Below are positions 52,148-64,000 of a stretch of 64,000 nt of DNA, one piece after another. Position numbers and translations under genes: made by a program. This stretch comes from Styela clava (Eukaryota): positions 10,168,001-10,232,000 of the forward strand of contig NC_135256.1 in assembly GCF_964204865.1 (NCBI RefSeq). The letters are read 5' to 3'. Below the pieces are notes generated by a model. That model worked only from the letters and a program-made list of their open reading frames with translations. It did no database searches and had not been told where the DNA came from. Position 1 is the first letter of the stretch; every line of letters begins with the position of its first letter.

Positions 52148-53540
52148 TGTTATACGATAATACAGAATATGCGAACCAATGCTTTACGCCAGTATGGACG
52201 TATATTAATGGATCCTGCCACAATCCCTCACCCCGAATACAACACACAAGTCCTTAGTGACAAACAATATTAAATGTAAACAACAACTCTTAAGACATTT
52301 TAACAAGGAATGATTAGAAAGAGCATACCGCGCTCGAAGAGCGCGACGGGAAAAAAGGTTACACGCATGAGCGAGTTGATCAGAGTGTTACATGTAATAA
52401 TGTGAGGGAAACATAATTAAACTAGCGTTGTGAAAAAAAAGGCTTATCTATATGCGCGTTGTGGTTCTTTTTACGATATCTTAAATTGTAATCAAACAGA
52501 ATTATTTAATGATTACATGGAATTCTAATTAATTATATAAACGCAGGAGAAACGATTGGATCTTGTTGTCTCAGGTGTTTCTCCGACCGAAAGCAAGTTT
52601 CTGATGTCAACAGCTAATCACGGTCTATTGGTGGGTAATAGCGTGGTTTTCATTGAGATATTTTTGTCGGCGAGTTCAAGCCATTCTCGACTTTTTGCAT
52701 TAAGCAACAATGATTCGACTTGATTAAGGACGTAATGCTTGAAATTTCCATTGCTACTCGGCTCGATATTCAGGCGTGATGCTTTACTCAAGGTTTACCG
52801 ACATATTTTACTTACAGAGCTGTTTCTTTAAGAAAGCTGTTTCTTTTCTATAAGAAAAGTAAATATCGCACTATTGCGAATTATTTGAATATAAAAGATC
52901 ATGCCTTTTTAGTATTTAACTGTAGTCGTATAGACCTTTTGGGCCAGAACTTCACTCGGACGTTGTGAATTTGTACTACGCTTCTGTCTCAAATATAAGA
53001 TTTAGTTTTTAGATGACCAAGGTATATTCATCTTTTTTTCACACAGTTCAGCCTCCCGCTTTCTATCAGTTATTTGTGATTTTATTATTTGTTTAAAATT
53101 GTCACGATAGTTGCGAATATGTATATATACAGTGAGAAAAGTTAAAATATAGAAACAACCATTCTAAAACTTCACAAAAAAATCAAAAACGTCGACCTTA
53201 TTATAAATACACATCAATAAGACCGTTCAAGTTCATACTAACTTTAATAATGAGAAAAAAGTCTTTCCAAAGCCAAAGTATATATTTTATTATTGTGGGA
53301 TGAAATGAATATTCAGACGCACATCTTGTTAATAAAATTTGAAGTTGTTATAAATAGTTTTCATTTTTACTGGACGGGGACATTATAATATAGTGCTCTG
53401 CGCTCTGGCCTAGAATTATATTGGCGCCACACAGTTCAGAGATCTATTTTATGCCCTGATTAGTTTAGAACTTTAGGAAAAGACTGAAGTCTTTGAATTC
53501 TTCATAAATAACATCAATAACTCGTACTGTGAGTCCTTAA

Positions 53541-53778
53541 CAGGGGTCGGTAACCTTTTGTCGCTCGCGGGCCAAAATTAAGGGTTGCAAGGCATTGGCG
53601 GCCGCACATATTTCTAAAAGTTGAAAACCGAACGGATGATACTTTTTATAATAAAAATTAAGCAGTGAATAAATCATGGATTTTGTTTCCTCAATGCATT
53701 GCATCTCGAAAAATTCCATTTGAATATTTTCGCGGGTCGGATTATATTACTCCGCGGGTCGTAGGTTGCCGACCCCTG
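53541..53778. mobile_element. hAT MITE, 238 bp, downstream of ST-F
   Basis: TIR CAGGGGTCGG(T/C)AACC with an imperfect TSD (TCCTTAA/TTCTTAA). It is absent at the ST-G paralogous site (~61935). Confidence 0.85.
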
Positions 53779-54076
53779 TTCTTAAATGATCAGTTTGATA
53801 TCGCAGCACCGATTGCAGGGATTGACAGACGTGGTGCGCTGATAATTGCTTCCTTTCTCTTTCTTATAGCACTGCCTGTATTCATTACGCTTCAAGGGTA
53901 CAACTCATTGTTGACGGCATTTTCGTGCAGTCAGTGTAATGACCATTGAGTATGAGAACCCTTATTTGTTCTGTACAACATGGCAGAAATGCAGCAACAC
54001 TTTAGCTGGTATTTCCGCAACTTGTTCTGGATCACAGTCGGAATCATTGAGATAATTACCTTGTTGCAATACATTA

Positions 54077-57000
54077 CTACAATCGTCCACCTCTGACCGA
54101 CTTCGAATTGTTTTTAGGAGGTAATATATACGACGGAACAGGATAACCAAATAATTCATAATCTTTAGAATATATCTTGTACAGTTTTTTTACTTTTTCG
54201 ATCGGAAGGTCTTCCAAGTACTTCCGATATTTTATTTTCCATGTGTGTTCCAGAGACGATACTCTTTCAGTTGTTTTCTCTTTGAGTATAAAAATGTAAA
54301 AAAACGCTCAGCAACAGAGAGAGAAAAATTTCTTAAACAATAAAAAAGTTATTTTCGAAATTCTGCATAGAATATGTATTATGCGCAGTGAGTGAACTTT
54401 CGATATAACTAAACAACATAGAAATATTTATTTTTATACTTTTCTATAATTGAAAATCAAGTATTAAATGTTGTATTCGAATTTATTTATTTTTCAATGT
54501 TATTTGATTCGCCTAACAACTACGTCGATTTTTTACGAATTTTCTATGTTTTATTCCATGAAACAACCAACAAGAAAAGGACACAAATATCCAACTCACC
54601 TGAAATTAAAAGATGACTGTCAATTCCTGTCATTTTTGACACATACTTGACGTCTTGTGACATCGTCTCCAATTTCACAATGTAGTGATATTGCAACCGA
54701 CATGGATCGCATATGCTTTCATATAAATTCCAGTGAATATCGTATGTAAATGAGGGTCTGCTTATAATCGAATCAACAAATTCTTCAAACGTTGTGATAC
54801 CATCTTAAAAAATACTCTAAAATATGGTTTTGCAATCACAATGGGAGTTAATATAACAAAATATTCCTATTTTAACGCAGCATGAGTGTTTTTTAACAGC
54901 GTAATGCACTAAGCTATATTTCAATAGAAAAGTTGTTTTCCCGTTTGCCTTTAATATAGCTTTGACTAAGATGCAGTTCTGTGGTATTGAAAGTCACTCT
55001 TCAATTTCAAAGTATTCGTTCATTGGGGTATACTGTATGTCGGAATGTCTATATACTAAGATTTAGACTCAATGTCATTGTCAAATATTATTTTATGTGA
55101 AATAGCGATTTACCACATTTACTACCTAAAATTTCACAAATATCAAGACTTGAAGACTTTTGAAACAGCGTTCTGTTCGAATGTTTTTAAATTGAATTTC
55201 TCGAACAACCACTTGTAAGATTTCGCTCTTAGATATTAAACTTGAGAGGAAAATACAGTCCGAGATTCCGTCAATATTAACTTATGTCCGGGACTCTTTG
55301 TCCAATTTATCCATCCATGACCCCTTTTAGCAAGAAAGCAGTAGAGTTGTGGTAAGGTATGGATTGTGAGTGAATAGACAACGACGTTTGCGCTTACTAA
55401 CTAGAGCAGTGGTTCTTAAACTTTTTCGAGCGCGACCCAAATCTGAGTTTTATGAATACTCGCGACCCAATCCTAAACAACGCAAAATGTGTTTTTAATG
55501 TTAGTACAGTTTGACTCAAATACAGACAACTATTTATTGGAAACAGTCCATTGACTCAGTGAGATTGATGAAACTGAAATTTCCTTTTCATTATATCTTC
55601 AATACACAGCTCCATTTTACTTAACGAAATACGCAAGTTGTCACGGGTATCGAGGCGATTGCGAGCTTAGTTTTGATAACCGCCAGTGCCAAATATCCTC
55701 GCTCGCACAAGTGCCTTGTCGCGAATTGTAGCAGAAAAGGCGTCCGCTGTCCGTCGCAAACACGACATCCTAGCTGGCTTTCGGTATCTCTCGCAATATA
55801 TACAACTTTTTAATCATCAAATGTGCACACACTGCTTCGTTCGCGGTAAATGGTGCCTCAAGATGAAGTCACATTTTCTCTAGATATTTAATAATCTAAT
55901 GTCGAGAAGCGAGCTTTTTCATTGCGTCGTCTATTACAATTTACATTACCAAAAAGACACCCATTTTTAGTTATTTTAATCCACTAAGACGACATTCCAC
56001 GCGGTCAACACAACGACAAGCGACGTGCATGATTACCGATACCATAAAAGTAATACACGTGACTGGCATATCAGAATTGTGATGTAACAATGAGCTCAAG
56101 ACAGTTCTTTCCGTGAATGAAATTTGATATTTCATTATTTTTAAATACCAGAGTTTAGAAGCTAAATTGAAACATTGGGAAAGCTGAAAATTCTCCCTTC
56201 TCCTCTTAGATTGCCCTTGCATTGACGACCTTGTCGCGACCCATTTTAAACCTTCCGCGACCCATGTTTGGGTCGCGACCCATACTTTAAGAACCACTGA
56301 ACTAGAGACTGGTAATTTGGTAATCTCTTTCCTCTATCTTTTAAATACAGTCGAAACACGCATGTGAGAATAAGGATGTATACACGGAATCGCCTCTTAC
56401 ACAGAGGGCTATTAACAAATCATTGGAGCAGTCACTTACCAGTTCCTTTGTGCAGTGAATGAGCTAGTTTAGCATATATATTCTTGCCGTGAACTACCTT
56501 ATCAAGATATGCTGAAACGACACGTTCAAGTGGTTCCCGAACAATGATAATTCGATAGTAATCATTCAATCGCCTGTTTATTTCTGCTTTTCCATGTTTC
56601 GAGGTATGGTTGAAGTGTAACCATAAATACCTAAAATATAGCAACGTTTTCTTATTCCTGTCATGGTTACACGTTGAAAATAGTCACAAATAACCCCAAA
56701 AATACTTGAGTGAACATCCATCCATTGTATTACGTTGCCTCTGCGATAATATACTTGTTGCCCATTGGCTAATGTGTTGAGAGCGTTTTGTTTTTGCTGT
56801 CAAATCCACCCTTTTCTTAGAGAGTTATTGGGATACAGTATAGAAAGCATGATCGATTTTTAAGTCAGACACTCAACGCTATAGTACCACAAAAAGAAGC
56901 TCATATGTGGTTGTAGTACTGGATACATGTGGGTTGAACGCGACCCGGCAATGTATAAACAAAGACTCACTTGCCGATGATGTTCGAGAGTCTTCAGCTT

Positions 57001-58389
57001 TGATAAAGAACAATCAAAAGTGCCGTAACCTGAGTTAAAATTGTCGGCTCATAAAGATATATGGCTATTTTTATTGTTCCCCCGTCAGTATTTTTAGGAT
57101 ATCAAAAATCAGTGATGCTTACCTATGCTTCATGCCTAATTTGTAAGCATCTTCCTGTTCGATTTCATTTGGCGTTGATACATTTACGATACCATCCGCC
57201 ATTAGTAATGCTTTAATCCAACTTGTACTTCCACTCTTTGGAATTGTACAGGCTATGAGCTATAGAAAACATAAAATACAGGCTTTAACATGATTATCGA
57301 CTCGAGAGTATATTAGTAGAGGTATTGAGACCGCACTAAAGTGTAAGATAATTTGAATTGATGGAATGCAGTTTTTGCCAAAAATAGTTACAGTTTCAAA
57401 TTTATTTCTACGAAGTAAAGACAAATATCTATATTTATCTTATTAAGAAAAATAAAAAAGCTAAATGTTTCAACCATAATATTTCCAGATTAGTTTTTTA
57501 GGTATCAATTAACTAGAAGAGATCATGAAAAGGATTGAATAATGAGGAAAATGTAACAATGTTTCGCTTTTAATTTTTTAATTATTTATGTATATATTTG
57601 CAATTTATACTTTATGTTCATCCGAGAAATGGAGTCTTGGTTTAATACGTGGAGGGAACCTATCCCATGTGTTGGAGTTGATTGTTCCATTATAAAACCG
57701 GGATCCACAACGTTTTCTCAATGTTTCGTTTCTACTTGTTGCTAACATCTCGTCTACATTTATTTTCGATGGAGATACAGCCTTTATATCAAAATCTAGC
57801 ATACGATGTCCCGTACCGTAGAGATTGGCTGAATATGACGATGTTACCTGAACAAAATGCTCAACTATAAGCAAGTAGCGTAATCGAGTTACAGTTATAA
57901 AAAGGTACATTTCTTAAACGGAAGTCAGCGATAAGGGCCTGTAAAATCTGCCATATCTTCAGTAGGGAATTGAATTTGTAAATGAGATACAGCTACTCAA
58001 CAAATTTACTACTTGTAAAGCAGCCTAATAATCTCATATAAACTTGGCTATTCAACATTTGGTGTCGTAAGTTACAGTCCTCTTTGTATATCTTGCACAG
58101 ACTACCTTTTCATGGTAGGTGACATTGCTCAGAGATCAATCTCTCTATTTCTTAGTCAAGTCACCTTGCTTAAGCAAAATAACATTCAGGTGTATAAGTT
58201 GATTTGACCTTCTCAAACCTGAAAGATTCCGGTATTCCGACACGCAGTAGTCTTCCGTGTTTACTTCCACAGAATCAAAAAACAAAAATAAAAAAATTGA
58301 CTCACGTTTAACATATATGTTGAAACAATCAACAACAGGAAAACACAAATGATGATACTCTCTATCAGATGTATCCGTACCGTGTCCAT
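54077..58389 (-). CDS. ST-F: CHST11-like carbohydrate sulfotransferase, second subfamily, ~351 aa
   Basis: Exons 58389-58306 (MDTVRIHLIESIIICVFLLLIVSTYMLN), 57847-57611, 57259-57123 (CTIPKSGSTSWIK), 56630-56440, 54803-54600 and 54279-54077 (TAG). Total 1056 nt, open frame. Confidence 0.9.
55407..56299. mobile_element. Non-autonomous hAT-Charlie element (893 bp) in ST-F intron 4
   Basis: TIR CAGTGGTTCTTAAA, perfect TSD AACTAGAG (55399-55406, 56300-56307). The single-copy empty site is in ST-G at 63564-63571. Confidence 0.95.
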
Positions 58390-58756
58390 AATGTGAGCGT
58401 GCAGAATTTTTTTAAAGTAGAAATTCCTATTTCTACCTAAAGCATAAAGTAACTCCAATTTCAATTTATCAGATAAGATTGCTTTCTGATGCTATGCTAT
58501 GTCTTCAACTTATGCTACCTGTTCAATTGATTAACAGAATGCGCTTCGAGAACTGAAATATCATCTTAACCAAACTATAATATATTCTTTGATCTCGAAA
58601 TTTGTTACAACATTGCCTACCTACACATGCAAATAAGTTGCGCATGTCTTGAGCAATACCTTATTTCTAAGTTGAAATAATGAAGCCAAGCAACGGCATT
58701 TGGCCGGAGGCGACAGCTTTTAAACAGTAAAGAATTATGCCGTTGGCAGAAAGATG

Positions 58757-58875
58757 CAGTGGTGGGAATCAGCCGGTTCGCACCGGTTTCATAGAACCGT
58801 CTGATTCTGCCGGTTCGCACCGGTTCTAAAGAACCGTCTCACGGAATTTCATGAGATCAGCGAACCGGTTAGCAT
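58757..58875 (+). mobile_element. hAT-like left end with a ~38-bp tandem duplication
   Basis: CAGTGGTGGGAATCAGCCGGTTCGCACCGGTT..., with the unit GCCGGTTCGCACCGGTT...AGAACCGTCT present twice (58772-58839). Confidence 0.55.
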
Positions 58876-60158
58876 TACTGGTAACTGTCATTTGATATGC
58901 ATTAATTAAAAGTTCCAGCAACAACAGATTGGAGTGAAGTATTATTGAAGTGGACAAACATATCGTTTGCTTAATTTTTGTTGATGCGATAAAAAGATTT
59001 TCAGCAACTAACGTACAAATCTACCATATCAAATTTTTTAAATATTTTTTTTTTTATAATTTACAGGAACGCATTCGCGTGATTCCCGTTACACACTTTT
59101 GTTTCTACCTTTTGCTCCAATTTTCAATTATTAGCTTATAATAAAACTATAGCCCATTTGTCACGAAATTTAATGTGTCCAGCAAGATTTTTAGAACACA
59201 GGCTTCGAAATTTTCCATTAAAATAACTGCCTAGACTGAGATTGCCATATAATACAATTTTAAATACTTAATAAAGCAGAATATACGCCATGCTGGGGTA
59301 GCCATACGCGAGATCATTTTCATGTTTTCGAGGGTACATTTGACAGTTAGCAAATTGTCCATAGAGGCCGTTGTCTAGTGTTCAGAAAACCACTGTCTCT
59401 AATTTGAGACTGCTAATAATGGTGAATCATTATCATAACACACACTGCAAAACTTCAAATGCCAGTTCGCGACCCACTCTTATTGTTATTTTTGTGCGAC
59501 CCACAATGTTGATATATGAGAAAAGAGACAATGTATCCCCATGCATGTTACTGTTCATTCGAAACCTGAGCTTGTATATTATCAGATCACGTCGAGGCTT
59601 GATAGGAGACAAGCTTATACGCAACGTGGCCTTAGCACTCAACACATTGTGCTTTGGCTCAAAGTCATTTCCTGCCTCAATGAAACCACATTTGATGTAA
59701 TAAGAGTCATATTTTCTTACTAAAACTTTTGGAGCTTTCTTTTTACTTTCCTAGATTTCCTTTTTTAAAACTCATTCATTTTGTGGCTCACAAGAATCAA
59801 ACGAGGTTGTTGCAATAAAGTATATTAACCTTGTTAGCCATTATTTAAAACGCAACTTATTGGACGTAAGATTACCAATATACCTTAGTCATTCAAAACC
59901 CATCCTATGCGCGAAATCTTTTATTGTTGACGTGTGCAGTTTTAAGAATAGAATATTTTTTATATATATTTTGATATTTCTATCATGATAAACATGGTCA
60001 AGATTTTTGGTAATCGGTTATTGAAATTTTATTGGGCGTGGTGTTTCCGCTGGCATCTCTCTCCCTATATCATGACATTCTGCCAGCGCGTTGTAGTCTC
60101 GGAAATATGCGCGCCAACCGCTCGTACTTCTTATTCTGTGTAGCGTACCGGCAGTCTA

Positions 60159-60448
60159 TGTAATAATTATCCAAGTTCAGAATATCTTCCAATATGATCT
60201 GACGTCAAGTTTCCTCTCAATATTCACTTCAATTTATACTATTTTTTAATTACAATCCTTAACACAACCAAACACTCCAACTAAAACAACCACAACTGCA
60301 CTGATGCAAACCACAGCATAGGCTAACAGGATACCAAAAGACAGATCGACAGTGTCACAGCTCCCTCAGGGTCTTCAGTGTTAAAAATACAAAATACAGC
60401 AATATTATCACAAGACATCATCTAAAAGACAAAACAAGGGTCGTCACA
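60159..60448. mobile_element. Solo-LTR-like repeat (TG...CA, ~290 bp)
   Basis: Begins TGTAATAA, ends GGGTCGTCACA, with flanks TCTA/TCTG. It is absent at the paralogous site ~50290. A related copy ending GGGTCGTCACA lies at ~9250-9453. Confidence 0.5.
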
Positions 60449-62239
60449 TCTGCAATAACATCGGGACCACAACATACCGTCGCTTGGCATTTAATAAAAG
60501 ACCTATTTTTGTTAGTGAAGTTCAGCTGCAGTAATAGTCTATTCACGTTCAGTCAGATTCATTTTACCTTACTGGTAGACTTTTATTTTTTTGCACGTGG
60601 CATGGGTTTCGAATGACTAAGGTCTATTACGTGAACCGGCGTATTTGCTATACTGCCTACCCGAATTCATCAAATTACTAATCTGCCAAGTAGCGTACCT
60701 ACATTTTCCAACATGTAGGGGCGTATTAAATTATTTACGAGACACAACGCATAATTCTAATTGTTACGTTGCCTCATAATTGTAACGTAATCATAATATC
60801 ACAACTTTCGCGATCTAATCGAAAACTGTATGTAGCATTTGGAAATACCTCGCGGCCCCCCTTGAATAGCTTCGACCCACTGCTTGGGAAGCACTGCAGG
60901 ATGAGGCAGGAAATGTACGATAATGCAGAAAATGCGAATCAATGCTCCATAAAAAAATGCTTATCTATAATATACGCCTTGTGGTCCTTTTTTCCGATAT
61001 CTCAATTTGTAATCCAACAGAAATAGGCCTATGTAATGTTTTACATGTAATTCTGATTAATTGTATGAATGTCAAATTCGCGATGACACAATGAAAAAAA
61101 TGCCAAACGTCTGTGCAGCGTAATTGCAGAAGAACCGATTGGATCTTGTTGTCTCAGGTGTTTATCCGACCGAAACCAAGTTCTTGATGTCCACCGCTAA
61201 TCACTGTTTATTGGTGGGTAAACAGCGTGGTTTTTATTGCGATATTTTTGTCGCCGATTTCCAGTCAGACTCGACCTTTTTTATTATACAACAGTAGTTC
61301 GACTTGATTATATACGTAGTGCTTGAAATTTCCGTTGCTACTCGGCTCGAGATGCAGGCGTGATGTTTAACTCAAGGTTTACCACCATATTTTATCTATA
61401 GAGCTGATTTTTCCACAAGAAAAGTTAATATCGCACTATTGCGGATTATTTGAATATAAAAGTCCGTGGATTTTTTTAGCATTCAACATTAGTCGTATTG
61501 AACCTTTTGGGTCAGATCTTCTTCACTCGGACTTTGTGAATTTGTACCAGCCTATCCTCAAATATAAGTTTTAGCTTGAATATGACCAGGATATATTTAT
61601 CTTTTTTTTGCTCCAAGTTAAACCTTTTTCTATCACCTATTTGTGATTTTATTATTTGTATGAAATAACTTTAACAAAGATTAAAAAAAGTCTCTACAAA
61701 GTATATTTTTCAATGTGAAGTAATATGAATATTCAGACGTGCATCTTGTTAATAAAATTTGAAGTTGTTATAAATCGTTTTCATTTTTAAGAGACAGTGA
61801 CAGTATAATCTGGTGTTCTGCGCTCTGGCCTATAATTGTATTGGCACCACAGTTCAGAGATCTATTTTATGCCTTTATCAGTTCAGAAGAAGACTGAAGT
61901 CTTTAAATTCTTCATCAATAACTCGTACTTTGAGTCGAAACTTCTAAAATGATTAGTTTGCTATCGCAGCACCGATTGCAGAGATTGTCAGAGGTGGTTC
62001 GCTGATAATTGCTTCTTTTCTTCTTCTTACAGCGCTGCTTGTTTTCATTACTCATTGAAGGGTACAATGCAGTGTTGTTGGCATTTTTGTGCAGTCAGCG
62101 TAATGATCATTAAGTAGAGAATCACCATTTGCTCTGTGCAATATGGCAGGAAGTCAGAAACCAATTCGCGTGAATTTTTTCAATTTGTTCTGGATCACAG
62201 TCGGAATCATAAAGATATATAACTAGTTGCGATACATTT

Positions 62240-63894
62240 CTACAATCGTCAATCTTCAACCGACTTCGAATTGTTTTTGGGAGGTAATATATAGGAAGGC
62301 ACAGAATAACCAAATGTTTCATATTCTTTAGAATATATCTTGTACAGTTTTCTTAATTTTTCTATCGGAAGGTCTTCCAAGTACTTCCGATATTTTGTTT
62401 TCCATTTGTGTTCCAGAGACGATACTCTTTCAGCTGTTTTCTCTTTGAATACAAAAATATAAAAAAATAATACTCAGCAACGGAGAAAAAAGAGTTCTCC
62501 AACAGTAAAAAAGTTATTTTAGAAATTCTGCATAATATATATATTATGTTTCGTAAGGGTACCTCCGATTTCTCATTTCATAAATTACCATATACATACA
62601 TATAGAAAATATTTATTTTTATACTTTTTGAAAATCAAGTACAAAACGTTAATTGTTTTTTTTTCAGAATTTTTTTTCAATGATATTTGATTTGCCTAAC
62701 TAACAACTACGTCCATTTTATTACGACTTTTCTATGTTTTATTCCATAAAACAATCGTTAAGAAAATGACACAAATACCTAACTCACCCGAAGTAAAAAG
62801 TTGGCTATCAATCCCTGTCATTTTAGACACAAACTTGACATCTTGTGACATTGTCTCTAGTTTTACAATGTAGTGATATTGCATCCGACATGGATCGCAT
62901 ATGCTTTCGTATAAATTCCAGTGAATGTCGTATGTGAAAGAGGGTCTGCTTATAATCGAATCAACAAATTCTTCAAATGTTGTGATACCGTCTAAAAAAA
63001 TTACTCTGGAATATACTGGAAATATGGTTTTGCATATACACCGGAAGATAACAAAATATTCTTATTTCGACGCAGAATGAGTGCTTTTTAACACCGTAGA
63101 AAGATTTTCAGCAATTGCCCTTAAAAAAGCTTTGAATAAGATGCAGTTCTGTGATAATGAAAGTCACTCTTTAATTCAAAAGTATGTGTTTATTGATTTA
63201 CCATATGTCAAAATGTCTATATATATATACTAATATTTACGCCTTTTAAATTTGGCAATCAATATGTAAAATAGCGATTCGCCACATTTTCTACCTGAAA
63301 TTTCACAAATATGAAGATTTAAAAAACTTTTTAAACAGCGTTCTCTTCGAATGTTTACAAATCGAATTTCTTAAACAACCTCTTGTAAGATTTCGTTCCT
63401 GGATATTACACTTGAGAAAAATGCCAGTCAGCGTTTGCGTTAATTTTAACTTGTGTCCAGGAATCTTTGTCGAATATATTCATGACCCCTTTTAGCAAGA
63501 AAGCAGTAGAGTTGTGGTAAGGTATGGATTGTGAGTAAATAGACAACGACGTTTGCGCTTACTAACTAGAGACTGGTAATTTGGTAATCACTTTCCACTA
63601 TCTTTTAAATACAGTCGAAACACGCAGGTGAGAATAAGGATGTATACATAGAATCGTCCCTTACACAGAGGGCTATTAACAAATCATTGGAGCAGTCACT
63701 TACCATTTCCTTTGTGCAGTGAATGAGCTAGTTTAGCATATATATCTTTTCCGTGAACTACCTTATCAAGATATGCTGAAACGACACGTTCAAGTGGTTC
63801 CCGAACAATGATAATTCGATAGTAATCATTCAATCGCCTGTTTATTTCTGCTTTTCCATGTTTCGAGGTATGGTTAAAGTGTAACCATAAATAC
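62240..63894 (-). CDS. ST-G: CHST11-like carbohydrate sulfotransferase, last three exons; the 5' part lies beyond the window
   Basis: Exons 63894-63704 (VREPLERVVSAYLDK), 62991-62788 and 62442-62240 (TAG). Lengths (191/204/203 nt) and phases match ST-F. Confidence 0.88.
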
Positions 63895-64000
63895 CTAAAA
63901 TATAGCAACGTTTTCTTATTCCTGTCATAGTTACATGTTGAAAATAGTCACAAATAACCCCAAAAATACTTGAGTGAATATCCATTGTATTACGTTTCCT

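Larger units (their letters stand above)
59880..64000 (+). repeat. ST-G unit, duplicate of the ST-F unit (~49920-56740)
   Basis: Colinear intergenic, intronic and exonic similarity: 59880 to 49922, 61135 to 52553, 61740 to 53320 and 63480 to 55316. Confidence 0.9.

Noticed and set aside
58771-58839. CRISPR-like repeat-spacer array (also 4865-4970 and 45099-45377)
   Set aside because: There are only two units or irregular subterminal TE motifs, no unique regular spacers and no cas genes, and the context is eukaryotic.
2700-60207. Recurrent TGACGTCA (CRE-like) palindromes at about 2700, 10937, 11488, 13321, 16486, 42928, 43361 and 60200
   Set aside because: Most lie in repeats or duplicated DNA with no consistent position relative to start codons, so a regulatory role is unsupported.
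12-63908. Most ORFs in the six-frame track as standalone genes
   Set aside because: They are short, often non-ATG, and either antisense shadows or read-through extensions of the spliced exons, or TE sequence.

Overview
AT-rich, intron-containing eukaryotic (animal) DNA. The gene content and transposon types would fit a marine invertebrate such as a tunicate, but that is inference only. Splicing the exons by hand (GT-AG, phase-consistent) gives a head-to-tail minus-strand array of seven Golgi-type carbohydrate sulfotransferases (Sulfotransfer_2, HNK-1ST/CHST8-14 family; six coding exons in each complete copy). ST-A and ST-G are cut by the window edges, ST-B carries a 4-bp frameshift, and ST-C, D, E and F look intact. 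One complete 9-exon CYP2-clan cytochrome P450 (~480 aa) with several non-canonical motifs lies on the same strand, exactly between the two sulfotransferase subfamilies (A-D and E-G). The array is still expanding: there is a near-identical duplication at a 13.8-kb offset (A/B) and an older F/G duplication with a homogenised tract. It also carries many non-autonomous hAT elements, several datable from paralogous empty sites. Other repeats are Tc1/mariner and piggyBac relics, a tRNA-derived SINE, a solo-LTR-like repeat and template-switch rearrangements. A possible decayed multi-exon gene lies between ST-A and ST-B. No rRNA, true tRNA or CRISPR features were found.
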